DNA of 32,000 nucleotides from Paraperibacillus marinus. Lineage in GTDB: Bacteria > Bacillota > Bacilli > Bacillales > DSM-1321. A program made the position numbers and the translations under genes. The DNA lies in assembly GCF_046237605.1 (NCBI RefSeq), contig NZ_CP143542.1, positions 1,136,887 to 1,168,886 of the forward strand, written 5' to 3'. Under the pieces are notes generated by a model, which was not told the origin of the DNA, did not search any database, and saw nothing but the letters and a program-made list of their open reading frames with translations. The stretch's first letter is position 1, and each line of letters begins with the position of its first letter. Shown one piece after another: positions 25,793-32,000 of this stretch.

Positions 25793-27259
25793 ATGATGCC
25801 AATGCAACAATCAATCAAACTAAGTCCTTATATGGGTCTCTATGACCTTATCGTGCCAAAGGATAATATGTTGCGCCAGATTAATGATCTGGTCGACTTT
25901 ACCTTTGTTTACGAAGAGCTCCAGGATAAGTATTGCCTTGATAATGGCCGGAACGCAATCGACCCGATCCGAATGTTCAAATACCTATTATTAAAAACCA
26001 TCCATGACCTTTCGGACATGGATATTATTGAGCGTTCCAAATACGATATGTCCTTCAAATATTTCCTGGACATGACTCCAGAAGAGGAAGTTATAAACCC
26101 GAGCTCCCTGACCAAATTCCGTAAATTGAGGTTAAAGGATAGCAACCTCCTGGATTTGCTTATTAATAAAACGGTAGAGATTGCCTTAGAAAAAGAGATT
26201 ATCAAAAGCAATTCCATTATCGTCGATGCCACTCATACAAAAGCCCGTTATAATCAGATGAAACCGAAGGAAGTTCTGATGGAGCGCTCCAAGAAGCTGA
26301 GGAAGGCGATTTACCAAATCGATGAATCCATGAAGTCCAAATTCCCTCCCAAGAAAAAAACGGATGTGTTGGAGGATGAAATTACTTATTCACAAAAACT
26401 TATTGAAGTGATCGAAAAGGAAGAGACAATAGTCCATTATCCGGCCGTTAAGGAACAGCTGAACCTATTGAAAGAGACAGTCTCAGATGACTTGGAACAG
26501 CTCCAATGTTCAAAGGATCAGGATGCGAAGGTGGGACACAAGACAGCAGATACTTCATTCTTTGGATATAAGACCCACCTGGCGATGAGCGAGGAACGAA
26601 TTATCACGGCAGCTGTGATTACGACAGGCGACAAAAATGATGGCAAGCAACTTCATACTCTTATTGAGAAAAGCAAAGAAGCTGGTATGAAGATTGAAAC
26701 GGTGATTGGCGATACGGCATATTCAGAAAAAGAGAATATTATCTATAGCAAGACAAACGAAATTGAATTGATTGCCAAATTGAATCCAAATATTACCCAA
26801 GGCACTCGTAGTAAGGAAAATGAATTTGAATTCAATAAGGACGCTGGGATGTATGTATGTAAAGGAGGACACCTCGCAATCAGGAAGGCTCGACAAGGGA
26901 AGAAACATACGGACAGTAACGGCAGGAACCAGGTAGATACCTATTATTTTGATATTGAAAAATGCAAGCGTTGCCCGTTAAGGGAAGGTTGTTATAAAGA
27001 AGGAGCGAAAAGCAAGACGTATTCTGTTTCGTTGAAGTCACCTGAACACTCTGATCAGGCAGTGTTTCAGGAAAGTGAGTACTTCAAAGAGAAATCAAAA
27101 GAACGGTATAAAATAGAGGCGAAGAATAGCGAATTGAAACACAGGCACGGGTATGATGTAGCCACATCCTCGGGTCTGATTGGCATGGAAATGCAAGGTG
27201 CCATGGCCATATTTACAGTCAATTTAAAAAGAATTCTAAAACTGATGGTACAAAAATAA
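25793..27259 (+). CDS. IS1182-family (IS5-superfamily, DDE) transposase
   Basis: ATG 25793 lies 6 nt after GGGTGG; GTG 25784 is the alternative start. N-terminal InsH/DUF772-like region (DPIRMFKYLLLKTIHDLSDMDIIERSKYDMSFKYFLDM). DDE region (IIVDATHTKA...; VIGDTAYSEKEN). C-terminal KNSELKHRHGYDVA motif and a Cys-rich CKRCPLREGC segment, typical of IS1182-type transposases as I recall them. Confidence 0.8.
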   Translation: MMPMQQSIKLSPYMGLYDLIVPKDNMLRQINDLVDFTFVYEELQDKYCLDNGRNAIDPIRMFKYLLLKTIHDLSDMDIIERSKYDMSFKYFLDMTPEEEVINPSSLTKFRKLRLKDSNLLDLLINKTVEIALEKEIIKSNSIIVDATHTKARYNQMKPKEVLMERSKKLRKAIYQIDESMKSKFPPKKKTDVLEDEITYSQKLIEVIEKEETIVHYPAVKEQLNLLKETVSDDLEQLQCSKDQDAKVGHKTADTSFFGYKTHLAMSEERIITAAVITTGDKNDGKQLHTLIEKSKEAGMKIETVIGDTAYSEKENIIYSKTNEIELIAKLNPNITQGTRSKENEFEFNKDAGMYVCKGGHLAIRKARQGKKHTDSNGRNQVDTYYFDIEKCKRCPLREGCYKEGAKSKTYSVSLKSPEHSDQAVFQESEYFKEKSKERYKIEAKNSELKHRHGYDVATSSGLIGMEMQGAMAIFTVNLKRILKLMVQK

Positions 27260-27287
27260 AAGCAAAAAGAGAAAAAAACAGAAAAAG

Positions 27288-27331
27288 AACCGATTCACTT
27301 CCAAAAACATGGAAGTGAATCGGTTTTTTTC
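27288..27331 (+). terminator. Rho-independent terminator after the transposase (inside the IS)
   Basis: Perfect 15-bp stem aaccgattcacttcc (27288-27302) / ggaagtgaatcggtt (27311-27325), followed by a T-run. Confidence 0.85.
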
Positions 27332-27377
27332 GTTTGGATTCTTTAGAAAATCTAAAAAATTGGAAGATTTTCAGTGG

Positions 27378-27401
27378 CCTCGAGCGATCAAGCTGTTTTT
27401 T
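27378..27401. repeat. Right arm of the 24-nt inverted repeat flanking the IS
   Basis: cctcgagcgatcaagctgtttttt is complementary (22/24) to the sequence immediately after the minD stop. Confidence 0.7.
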
Positions 27402-27408
27402 ATTTCGA

Positions 27409-27462
27409 GGAAATGGGGGACAGTCCCTATTTCCCGGAAATAAGGGACAATCCCCCATTTCC
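27409..27462. repeat. Two tandem ~26-nt palindromic units (GGAAAT-GGGGGACAGTCCC-TATTTCC / GGAAAT-AAGGGACAATCCCCC-ATTTCC)
   Basis: Unit 1 is 27409-27434 and unit 2 is 27436-27462, separated by 1 nt. Each unit is an imperfect dyad centred on GGGACA(G/A)TCCC, and the two units are also mutually complementary. Confidence 0.6.
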
Positions 27463-27468
27463 ATTTGA

Positions 27469-27497
27469 GCATAATCCGGACATGCTGTGCATACATT
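27469..27497 (+). promoter_or_regulatory. Sigma-E-type promoter for spoIVFA-spoIVFB
   Basis: GCATAAT (27469-27475), 14-nt spacer, CATACATT (27490-27497). The sigma-E consensus as I recall it is (G/T)(A/C)ATA(A/T)(A/T)-14 nt-CATACA(A/C)T, so there is one deviation in the -10 element. RBS GGAGGGGG and ATG 27531 follow. The B. subtilis spoIVF operon is sigma-E dependent. Confidence 0.6.
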
Positions 27498-27530
27498 TTA
27501 TCAGGATTGATGTGGAGGGGGATCGAAGCG

Positions 27531-28280
27531 ATGAAGAGCAGGCAAAAGGAGATCAGGGACAGGATTGCGAAACGGAGGAAGCAGGAGGGAAGGAAGGCGG
27601 GCCTTAACGCGGCGTACAGGAAGGCTGAGGGGATTTTTGATGATGGAAGTTATGAGATGGCCCCGGAGGCGGATCATCCGTTATTCAAAAAAGAAGTGTT
27701 TTACTTTAAAATCCTCGCTTCTCTCTGTTTGTTCCTGCTGACAGCCATTATCTTCAAGAACCCGTCTTCTGCCTTTGAGGTTCCGAGGAAGACGGTCAGT
27801 CATTATATGAAAGAAGACTTTGAGTTTGCAGCGGCGAAGGATTGGTATCAGGATACCTTCGGGAAGCCGCTTGTGTTTCTGCCTGAGAAGAAAGAAACGG
27901 TCACAGCTGAAAAGGAGAGCGGAAATTACTCGCTTCCCGCTTCAGGAAAGATTGAACAGACATTTGAAGCAAACGGCCAGGGCATCATGATTGAAACGGA
28001 TAAAGATTCGCCGGTCGAATCTGCAAGAGAGGGCGTCATCATTTTTGCAGGCAGTCAGGACAAGCTTGGCAGGACTGTCGTTATCCAGCACAGCGACAAA
28101 AGTGAGACCTGGTACGGACATTTGGGCTCAATCGATGTGAAGCTGTATGAAACGGTCAAAAAAGGAAATGTGGTCGGCAGAGTCACCAATAAAGCGGGAG
28201 AAGCAAAAGGGACGTTTTATCTCGCTGTTAAAAAGGGCTCACAGTTTGTGGATCCTAAACAGGTGATTCCATTTGAATGA
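27531..28280 (+). CDS. spoIVFA: Stage IV sporulation protein FA (degenerate LytM/M23 domain regulator of SpoIVFB)
   Basis: MKSRQKEIRDRIAKRRKQ parallels the B. subtilis SpoIVFA N-terminus (..ADEIRKRLEKRRKQ). One TM (ILASLCLFLLTAIIF). The C-terminal M23-like fold (VVIQHSDKSETWYGHLGSIDVKLYETVKKGNVVGRV) lacks the HxH motif (GTFYLAVKKG instead). The ORF-track start at 27465 lies upstream of the predicted promoter -10. Confidence 0.85.
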   Translation: MKSRQKEIRDRIAKRRKQEGRKAGLNAAYRKAEGIFDDGSYEMAPEADHPLFKKEVFYFKILASLCLFLLTAIIFKNPSSAFEVPRKTVSHYMKEDFEFAAAKDWYQDTFGKPLVFLPEKKETVTAEKESGNYSLPASGKIEQTFEANGQGIMIETDKDSPVESAREGVIIFAGSQDKLGRTVVIQHSDKSETWYGHLGSIDVKLYETVKKGNVVGRVTNKAGEAKGTFYLAVKKGSQFVDPKQVIPFE

Positions 28281-29139
28281 TTACCTTCGCCTGCTGTCAA
28301 AGATCGAAATACATTCTACCTTTTGGATCGTGCTCGGGATAGGAGTTTTGACAGCTCAGTTCATCCCTCTCTGTATGCTGTTTCTAATCATCTTGGTCCA
28401 TGAACTGGGGCATGCCGCAGCTGCCCGTTACTTTTCCTGGAGAATCAAAGCGATCCGGCTGCTGCCCTTTGGCGGGGCCCTGGTAACGGAGGAGCATGGC
28501 AACCGGGCGCTGAAGGAAGAGCTGGCGGTGACCCTTGCCGGCCCGCTGCAGCATGTCTGGCTCTGCGGTGTCTCATACATCCTGTACCAGGCTGACGTAA
28601 TTATGCTGGATGCTTTCCAGGATTTTTTCTATATGAATCTGGTAATCTTCTTATTTAACCTGCTGCCAATCTGGCCGCTGGACGGCGGAAGGCTGATGCT
28701 CATCCTCCTGTCCGCCTGGCTTCCGTTTTTGGAGGCGCATAAATATACAGTCTATGCCTCGTTCCTGTTCGCAGGGACGGGAATTGCCGCCTGCCTGGTT
28801 TTTGCCCCGCTTAACCTGAATATGTGGGCCATGGCCCTGTTCATCCTCTTTTCACTTTTCGCGGAATGGAAGCAGCGGCACTATGTTTTTGTGCGATTCC
28901 TCCTTGAGCGGCATTATGGACGCAATGCCGGCTTTAAGACTCTAAAGCCCCTCCATGCGGATGTGACGGAAACCATTACCGATGTGCTCAGCAGATTTCA
29001 AAAGGGCTGCAAGCATCCAATCGTCATCGTAAAGGAAGGGAAGGAACGTGGAGTCCTCGATGAAAATGAAATTCTTCATGCTTACTTCACAGATAAGCTG
29101 ATCCATATCAAAATGGATGACCTGTTATACTCCTATTAA
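28273..29139 (+). CDS. spoIVFB: Stage IV sporulation pro-sigma-K processing metalloprotease SpoIVFB (site-2 protease, M50)
   Basis: TTG start 6 nt after AGGTGA, overlapping the spoIVFA stop by 8 nt. HELGH in a TM helix. NLLPIWPLDGG motif. C-terminal CBS-like domain. Colinear with B. subtilis SpoIVFB (..IHELGHAA...FSWRIK...LLPFGG...EEHGNR.LKEE). Confidence 0.93.
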   Translation: MNDYLRLLSKIEIHSTFWIVLGIGVLTAQFIPLCMLFLIILVHELGHAAAARYFSWRIKAIRLLPFGGALVTEEHGNRALKEELAVTLAGPLQHVWLCGVSYILYQADVIMLDAFQDFFYMNLVIFLFNLLPIWPLDGGRLMLILLSAWLPFLEAHKYTVYASFLFAGTGIAACLVFAPLNLNMWAMALFILFSLFAEWKQRHYVFVRFLLERHYGRNAGFKTLKPLHADVTETITDVLSRFQKGCKHPIVIVKEGKERGVLDENEILHAYFTDKLIHIKMDDLLYSY

Positions 29140-29204
29140 CTGTGGTATCCTTTTTTCATGGATAAGCCGGAACGGCCGGCTATTGATGAAGAAAGGGTTT
29201 TTTT

Positions 29205-30677
29205 ATGAAAAGATTGATTGTGAATGCGGCAGGAAGGGAAAAAAGGTTTGCGGTGACTGAACAAGGGGGCATCGTGAAGCTTGAAGTTCAGCAGCCTGGC
29301 CAGGAAAGTCTGACTGGTAGTGTTTTTTGGGGCATGGTGACAAAGGTGCTGCCCGGCATGGAGGCAGCCTTTGTAGACATCGGCCAGGGAAAGCACGGTT
29401 TCCTTTACAGAGATGACCTGCCGTCCTACCAGCTGTCAAAACTTGATTATACAGCCAAAAAAAATACTTCCATCGGACATTTTGTCCGCCAGGGGGAGAG
29501 AATGCTGGTCCAGGTTGTCAGGGATGCATCAGGAAACAAAGGTCCTAAGCTTTCCGGAATCATTGAGCTTGCTTCTGATAAAATGGTGGCCATGTTTGGG
29601 ACTGATTATATAGGGGTTTCAAAAAAGATGAAATCGAACGGGCAGGAGTATTGGAGGAAAACCGCATTCAGCAAGAAGAACAGCGGTGAGGGAATGATTA
29701 TCCGCACTTCAATGGAAGGATCTTCCCTTGAGGAATTTTCCCGGGAGCTTGCGGGGCTTAGGATGCAGTATGCTGAAATCAAGGACAGAGCCTCCTCGCT
29801 GAAAAAAACAGGCCTGGTTCATGCCAGGGATACATTCCTCGAGCAAATCCTGAAGGAAGAGCTGCATGCAGGGGATGAAGTGGCCGTTGATGATTTCGAC
29901 TTGCACCAGGCTCTCAAAAAGCTGCTTAACACGGGGGTCACTGTGGTTCATGAACGCGGGCCGGAAGGCATCTTTTCCCGGCATGGAATCGAAAAAGAGG
30001 CCGAAAAGGCACTCCGGCAGGCCGTCTGGCTCGAAGGAGGAAGCTATCTGATCATCCAGGAAACGGAAGCCTGTACGGTGATTGATGTGAATACGGGCAG
30101 CTACACAGGAAAGTCCCATAAAGAAGAAACCATCACTAAAGCCAATGTAGAAGCGGCAAGAGAAGCCGCCAGACAGCTAAGGCTGAGGAATATCGGCGGA
30201 ATCATCATCATTGATTTTATTAATATGGAGAATCCCCTCAGCAGAAAAAAGGTTCAGCAGGCATTGCAGGAAGCCCTCTCAAAGGATGAGATGAGGACAG
30301 TGATCACCGGATTTACAGAGCTCGGCATGCTTCAGCTCACAAGGAAAAAAGCGGGACCAGGCCTCCGGGAAAAGCTGACAGTCACATGTCCTGCATGCAG
30401 AGGCAGCGGAAGTGTGGAGAGTGCTGAAACCATGGCCTTCCGCCTTGAGCGGGAACTGATTGAGGCCCGTGCCAATGAAGCGGAGGGGGCCTGGATAGAA
30501 GCAACGGCAGATGTAACTTCAGCTCTGGCCGGAGCAGGGGAAGAGCATCTTCTGCTCCTCGAGCAGATGGCCGGCAAAAAGCTGATCTTCACAACGCTTT
30601 CTTCACAGATTCCCGCCTATCGCATCAGGCAATTCGGCAGCCTTGATGAAATCAGGGAGAGGGCGGAAAGAGAGTAA
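29205..30677 (+). CDS. rng: Ribonuclease E/G-family endoribonuclease (RNase G-like)
   Basis: N-terminal S1 domain (GSVFWGMVTKVLPGMEAAFVDIGQGKHGFLY). Catalytic DNase-I-like region (TVIDVNTGSYTG...; GGIIIIDFINM). Zn-link-like CPACRGSG. Confidence 0.85.
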   Translation: MKRLIVNAAGREKRFAVTEQGGIVKLEVQQPGQESLTGSVFWGMVTKVLPGMEAAFVDIGQGKHGFLYRDDLPSYQLSKLDYTAKKNTSIGHFVRQGERMLVQVVRDASGNKGPKLSGIIELASDKMVAMFGTDYIGVSKKMKSNGQEYWRKTAFSKKNSGEGMIIRTSMEGSSLEEFSRELAGLRMQYAEIKDRASSLKKTGLVHARDTFLEQILKEELHAGDEVAVDDFDLHQALKKLLNTGVTVVHERGPEGIFSRHGIEKEAEKALRQAVWLEGGSYLIIQETEACTVIDVNTGSYTGKSHKEETITKANVEAAREAARQLRLRNIGGIIIIDFINMENPLSRKKVQQALQEALSKDEMRTVITGFTELGMLQLTRKKAGPGLREKLTVTCPACRGSGSVESAETMAFRLERELIEARANEAEGAWIEATADVTSALAGAGEEHLLLLEQMAGKKLIFTTLSSQIPAYRIRQFGSLDEIRERAERE

Positions 30678-30696
30678 TCCTTTCTTGAAAAGGCTA

Positions 30697-30726
30697 TTGA
30701 CTTAGAGAAACTACCTGTGCTATTAT
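30697..30726 (+). promoter_or_regulatory. Sigma-A promoter of the rplU-ysxB-rpmA operon
   Basis: TTGACT (30697-30702), 18-nt spacer, extended -10 TGcTATTAT (30718-30726). Confidence 0.65.
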
Positions 30727-30732
30727 TTACTA

Positions 30733-30835
30733 TGTTATGTTTGTAGCACCCGTGCTACAACCGCACAGATCAGGTTTAAGCTTTTTGCCCTGCAAAAACG
30801 CCTGTGATGGCGAGTCTGAGTTAATTAGAGGAGGT
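30733..30835 (+). ncRNA. Putative L21 ribosomal-protein leader (5' UTR autoregulatory element)
   Basis: ~105-nt structured leader between the promoter and the rplU RBS (GAGGAGGTG). Contains the hairpin gtagcac-cc-gtgctac (about 30741-30757). A leader at this position upstream of rplU is known in Bacilli. The exact fold was not verified. Confidence 0.45.
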
Positions 30836-30841
30836 GCAAGT

Positions 30842-31150
30842 ATGTACGCAATTATTGAAACTGGCGGTAAACAAATCAAAGTTGAAGCTGGCCAATCTAT
30901 CGTTATTGAAAAACTGAACGTAGAAGCTGGTGAAGCTGTAACATTTGACAAAGTTCTATTCGTAGGCGGAGACAACGTGAAAGTAGGAAGCCCTGTTGTT
31001 GAGGGAGCTACTGTAACCGGCAAGGTTGAAAACCACGGCCGCGCGAAGAAAATCATCGTCTTCAAATACAAAGCGAAGAAAAACAACCGCAAAAAGCAAG
31101 GTCATCGTCAGCCATACACTCGAGTAACTATCGACGCGATCAACGCGTAA
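30842..31150 (+). CDS. rplU: 50S ribosomal protein L21
   Basis: [18 protein letters not shown]...[16 protein letters not shown] is canonical L21. The ORF-track start at 30737 is a spurious upstream extension through the leader. Confidence 0.97.
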   Translation: MYAIIETGGKQIKVEAGQSIVIEKLNVEAGEAVTFDKVLFVGGDNVKVGSPVVEGATVTGKVENHGRAKKIIVFKYKAKKNNRKKQGHRQPYTRVTIDAINA

Positions 31151-31160
31151 GGCTGTCTGT

Positions 31161-31496
31161 ATGATAAATGTGATTTTTGATCATGGCGCTGATGGAAGGA
31201 TTTCTTCTTTTACCATGAGTGGACATGCTAATTTTGCTGAACCAGGCCAGGATATCGTCTGTGCCGGTGCTTCAGCCGTTTCCTTCGGGACGGTCAACGC
31301 CATCATGGCATTGACCGGGGTTGAACCTGAAATTGACATGGAGGGCGGCGGAGGATTCCTTAAATGTGCAATCCCCGGCGCGCTTCCCGAGGCTGCTGCT
31401 GAAAAAATCCAGCTGCTCCTGGAAGCCATGCTGATTTCCATGCAGACGATTGAACGGGATTATGATGAATACATGAAAGTGATTGTTAACAAGTAG
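31161..31496 (+). CDS. ysxB: Ribosomal-processing cysteine protease Prp (YsxB), cleaves the L27 N-terminal extension
   Basis: 111 aa with SGHANFAEPGQDIVCAGASAV (His/Cys dyad region). Located between rplU and rpmA, as in Firmicutes. Confidence 0.9.
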   Translation: MINVIFDHGADGRISSFTMSGHANFAEPGQDIVCAGASAVSFGTVNAIMALTGVEPEIDMEGGGGFLKCAIPGALPEAAAEKIQLLLEAMLISMQTIERDYDEYMKVIVNK

Positions 31497-31508
31497 GAGG
31501 TGGAATTA

Positions 31509-31799
31509 ATGTTAAGATTAGATCTTCAGTTCTTCGCTTCCAAAAAGGGAGTAGGTTCTACAAAGAACGGCCGTGACTCTATCTCTAAGCGCCTTGGCGC
31601 AAAGAGTGCTGACGGTGAATTCGTTTCTGGCGGTTCCATTCTTTACCGTCAACGCGGAACTAAAATTTACCCGGGACAAAACGTTGGGCGCGGCGGGGAT
31701 GACACTCTATTCGCGAAAGTAGACGGCGTGGTTCGTTTCGAACGCCTTGGCCGTGACCGCAAACAAGTTAGTGTATATCCAGTTGCTCAAGAAGCTTAA
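31509..31799 (+). CDS. rpmA: 50S ribosomal protein L27 (with Firmicute N-terminal propeptide)
   Basis: [24 protein letters not shown]... matches Bacillus L27, including the propeptide cleaved after FF|A. ATG 31509 lies 8 nt after AGGAGG; GTG 31500 is the alternative start. Confidence 0.96.
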   Translation: MLRLDLQFFASKKGVGSTKNGRDSISKRLGAKSADGEFVSGGSILYRQRGTKIYPGQNVGRGGDDTLFAKVDGVVRFERLGRDRKQVSVYPVAQEA

Positions 31800-31813
31800 T
31801 TAACGCATCTTAG

Positions 31814-31849
31814 AAAACTCTAACCTCTTGGTTGGAGTTTTCTTTTTTT
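31814..31849 (+). terminator. Rho-independent terminator after rpmA
   Basis: aaaactctaacc (31814-31825) / ggttggagtttt (31830-31841) with one G-U pair, followed by cttttttt. Confidence 0.75.
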
Positions 31850-31947
31850 CGGCTTGAATTCTGTTATACTTAGAGGAACCGGTCTGTCCCGGCAAACAAA
31901 TGGACCAGGGGGACAGTCTCAATAAAGCAGTTACGGGAGTCTATCAG

Positions 31948-32000
31948 ATGGAAAAAGAATGGAATGTAAGTGAAGTCATGAGGCATGCGCGCCATGACTG
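31948..32000 (+). CDS. spo0B: Sporulation phosphorelay phosphotransferase Spo0B, 3'-partial (N-terminal 17 codons only)
   Basis: ATG 31948 lies 8 nt after GGGAG. MEKEWNVSEVMRHARHD(W) resembles the B. subtilis Spo0B region ..LLGHSRHDWMNKLQ that holds the phosphorylated His. Its position after rpmA matches B. subtilis. Very short, hence moderate confidence. Confidence 0.5.
   Translation, partial: MEKEWNVSEVMRHARHD

Larger units (their letters stand above)
25497..27376 (+). mobile_element. IS1182-family-like insertion sequence (~1.88 kb)
   Basis: Single long transposase ORF. Perfect 9-bp terminal inverted repeat CACTGAAAA (25497-25505) / TTTTCAGTG (27368-27376), with weaker similarity beyond it. 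Visibly more AT-rich than the flanking genes. An internal terminator follows the transposase. Alternative boundaries are 25474-27401, if the 24-bp flanking IR is the true end. Confidence 0.65.

Noticed and set aside
27409-27462. Possible CRISPR-like repeat
   Set aside because: There are only two adjacent units with a 1-nt gap and no spacers. No cas genes are in the window. This is a tandem palindrome, not an array.
27219-27607. ORFs 27219-27464(-) and 27374-27607(+), and the 27465 start of the spoIVFA ORF
   Set aside because: They span the IS right end, the palindrome arm and the tandem palindromic units. Their odd Gly/Asp/Pro/Phe-rich peptides are translation artefacts of the repeats. The real SpoIVFA N-terminus (MKSRQKEIRDRIAKRRKQ) begins at 27531, downstream of the sigma-E promoter.
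30737-30841. 35-codon N-terminal extension of the rplU ORF in the ORF track
   Set aside because: L21 clearly starts at [11 protein letters not shown] (ATG 30842), preceded by GAGGAGGTG. The extension runs through the predicted promoter-proximal leader RNA.

Overview
Chromosomal window from an endospore-forming Bacillaceae-type Firmicute. This is inferred from the gene order spoIIB-maf-radC-mreB-mreC-mreD-minC-minD-spoIVFA-spoIVFB-(rng)-rplU-ysxB-rpmA-spo0B, the classic Bacillus arrangement. The species cannot be determined from the sequence alone.

The left ~18.5 kb is an accessory-looking block:
- A 5'-truncated Big_2-repeat surface protein.
- A secreted ankyrin-repeat protein.
- A minus-strand operon of three prepilin-like minor pilins plus a cytoplasmic HExxH (MA-clan-like) protein.
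- A long plus-strand gene string. It opens with three uncharacterised envelope proteins: a multi-TM/poly-acidic protein, a double PRC-barrel protein and a VanW/G5-like protein with an acidic tail.
- A complete Gram-positive type IV pilus machinery follows: pilB, pilT, pilC, major pilin, prepilin peptidase, pilM, pilN, pilO and an extra pilin. There is no secretin.

The right ~13 kb is cell-shape, division, sporulation and ribosomal core. Between minD and spoIVFA it is interrupted by a ~1.9 kb IS1182-family-like insertion sequence. The IS sits at the tip of a 24-bp palindromic (terminator-like) sequence and carries a GC-rich ~140-bp imperfect palindrome near its left end. A near-consensus sigma-E promoter for spoIVFA lies just beyond the IS and is left intact.

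No rRNA, tRNA or CRISPR array was seen.

Most interesting for follow-up:
- The uncharacterised three-gene module fused to the pilus operon.
- The HExxH protein co-transcribed with the minor pilins.
- Tandem MshEN-type (c-di-GMP receptor) motifs at the PilB N-terminus.
- The IS-in-hairpin architecture with its nested GC-rich palindrome.
- Two tandem 26-nt palindromic units next to the spoIVF promoter.

All functional calls come from my own reading of motifs and synteny. No database search was run.
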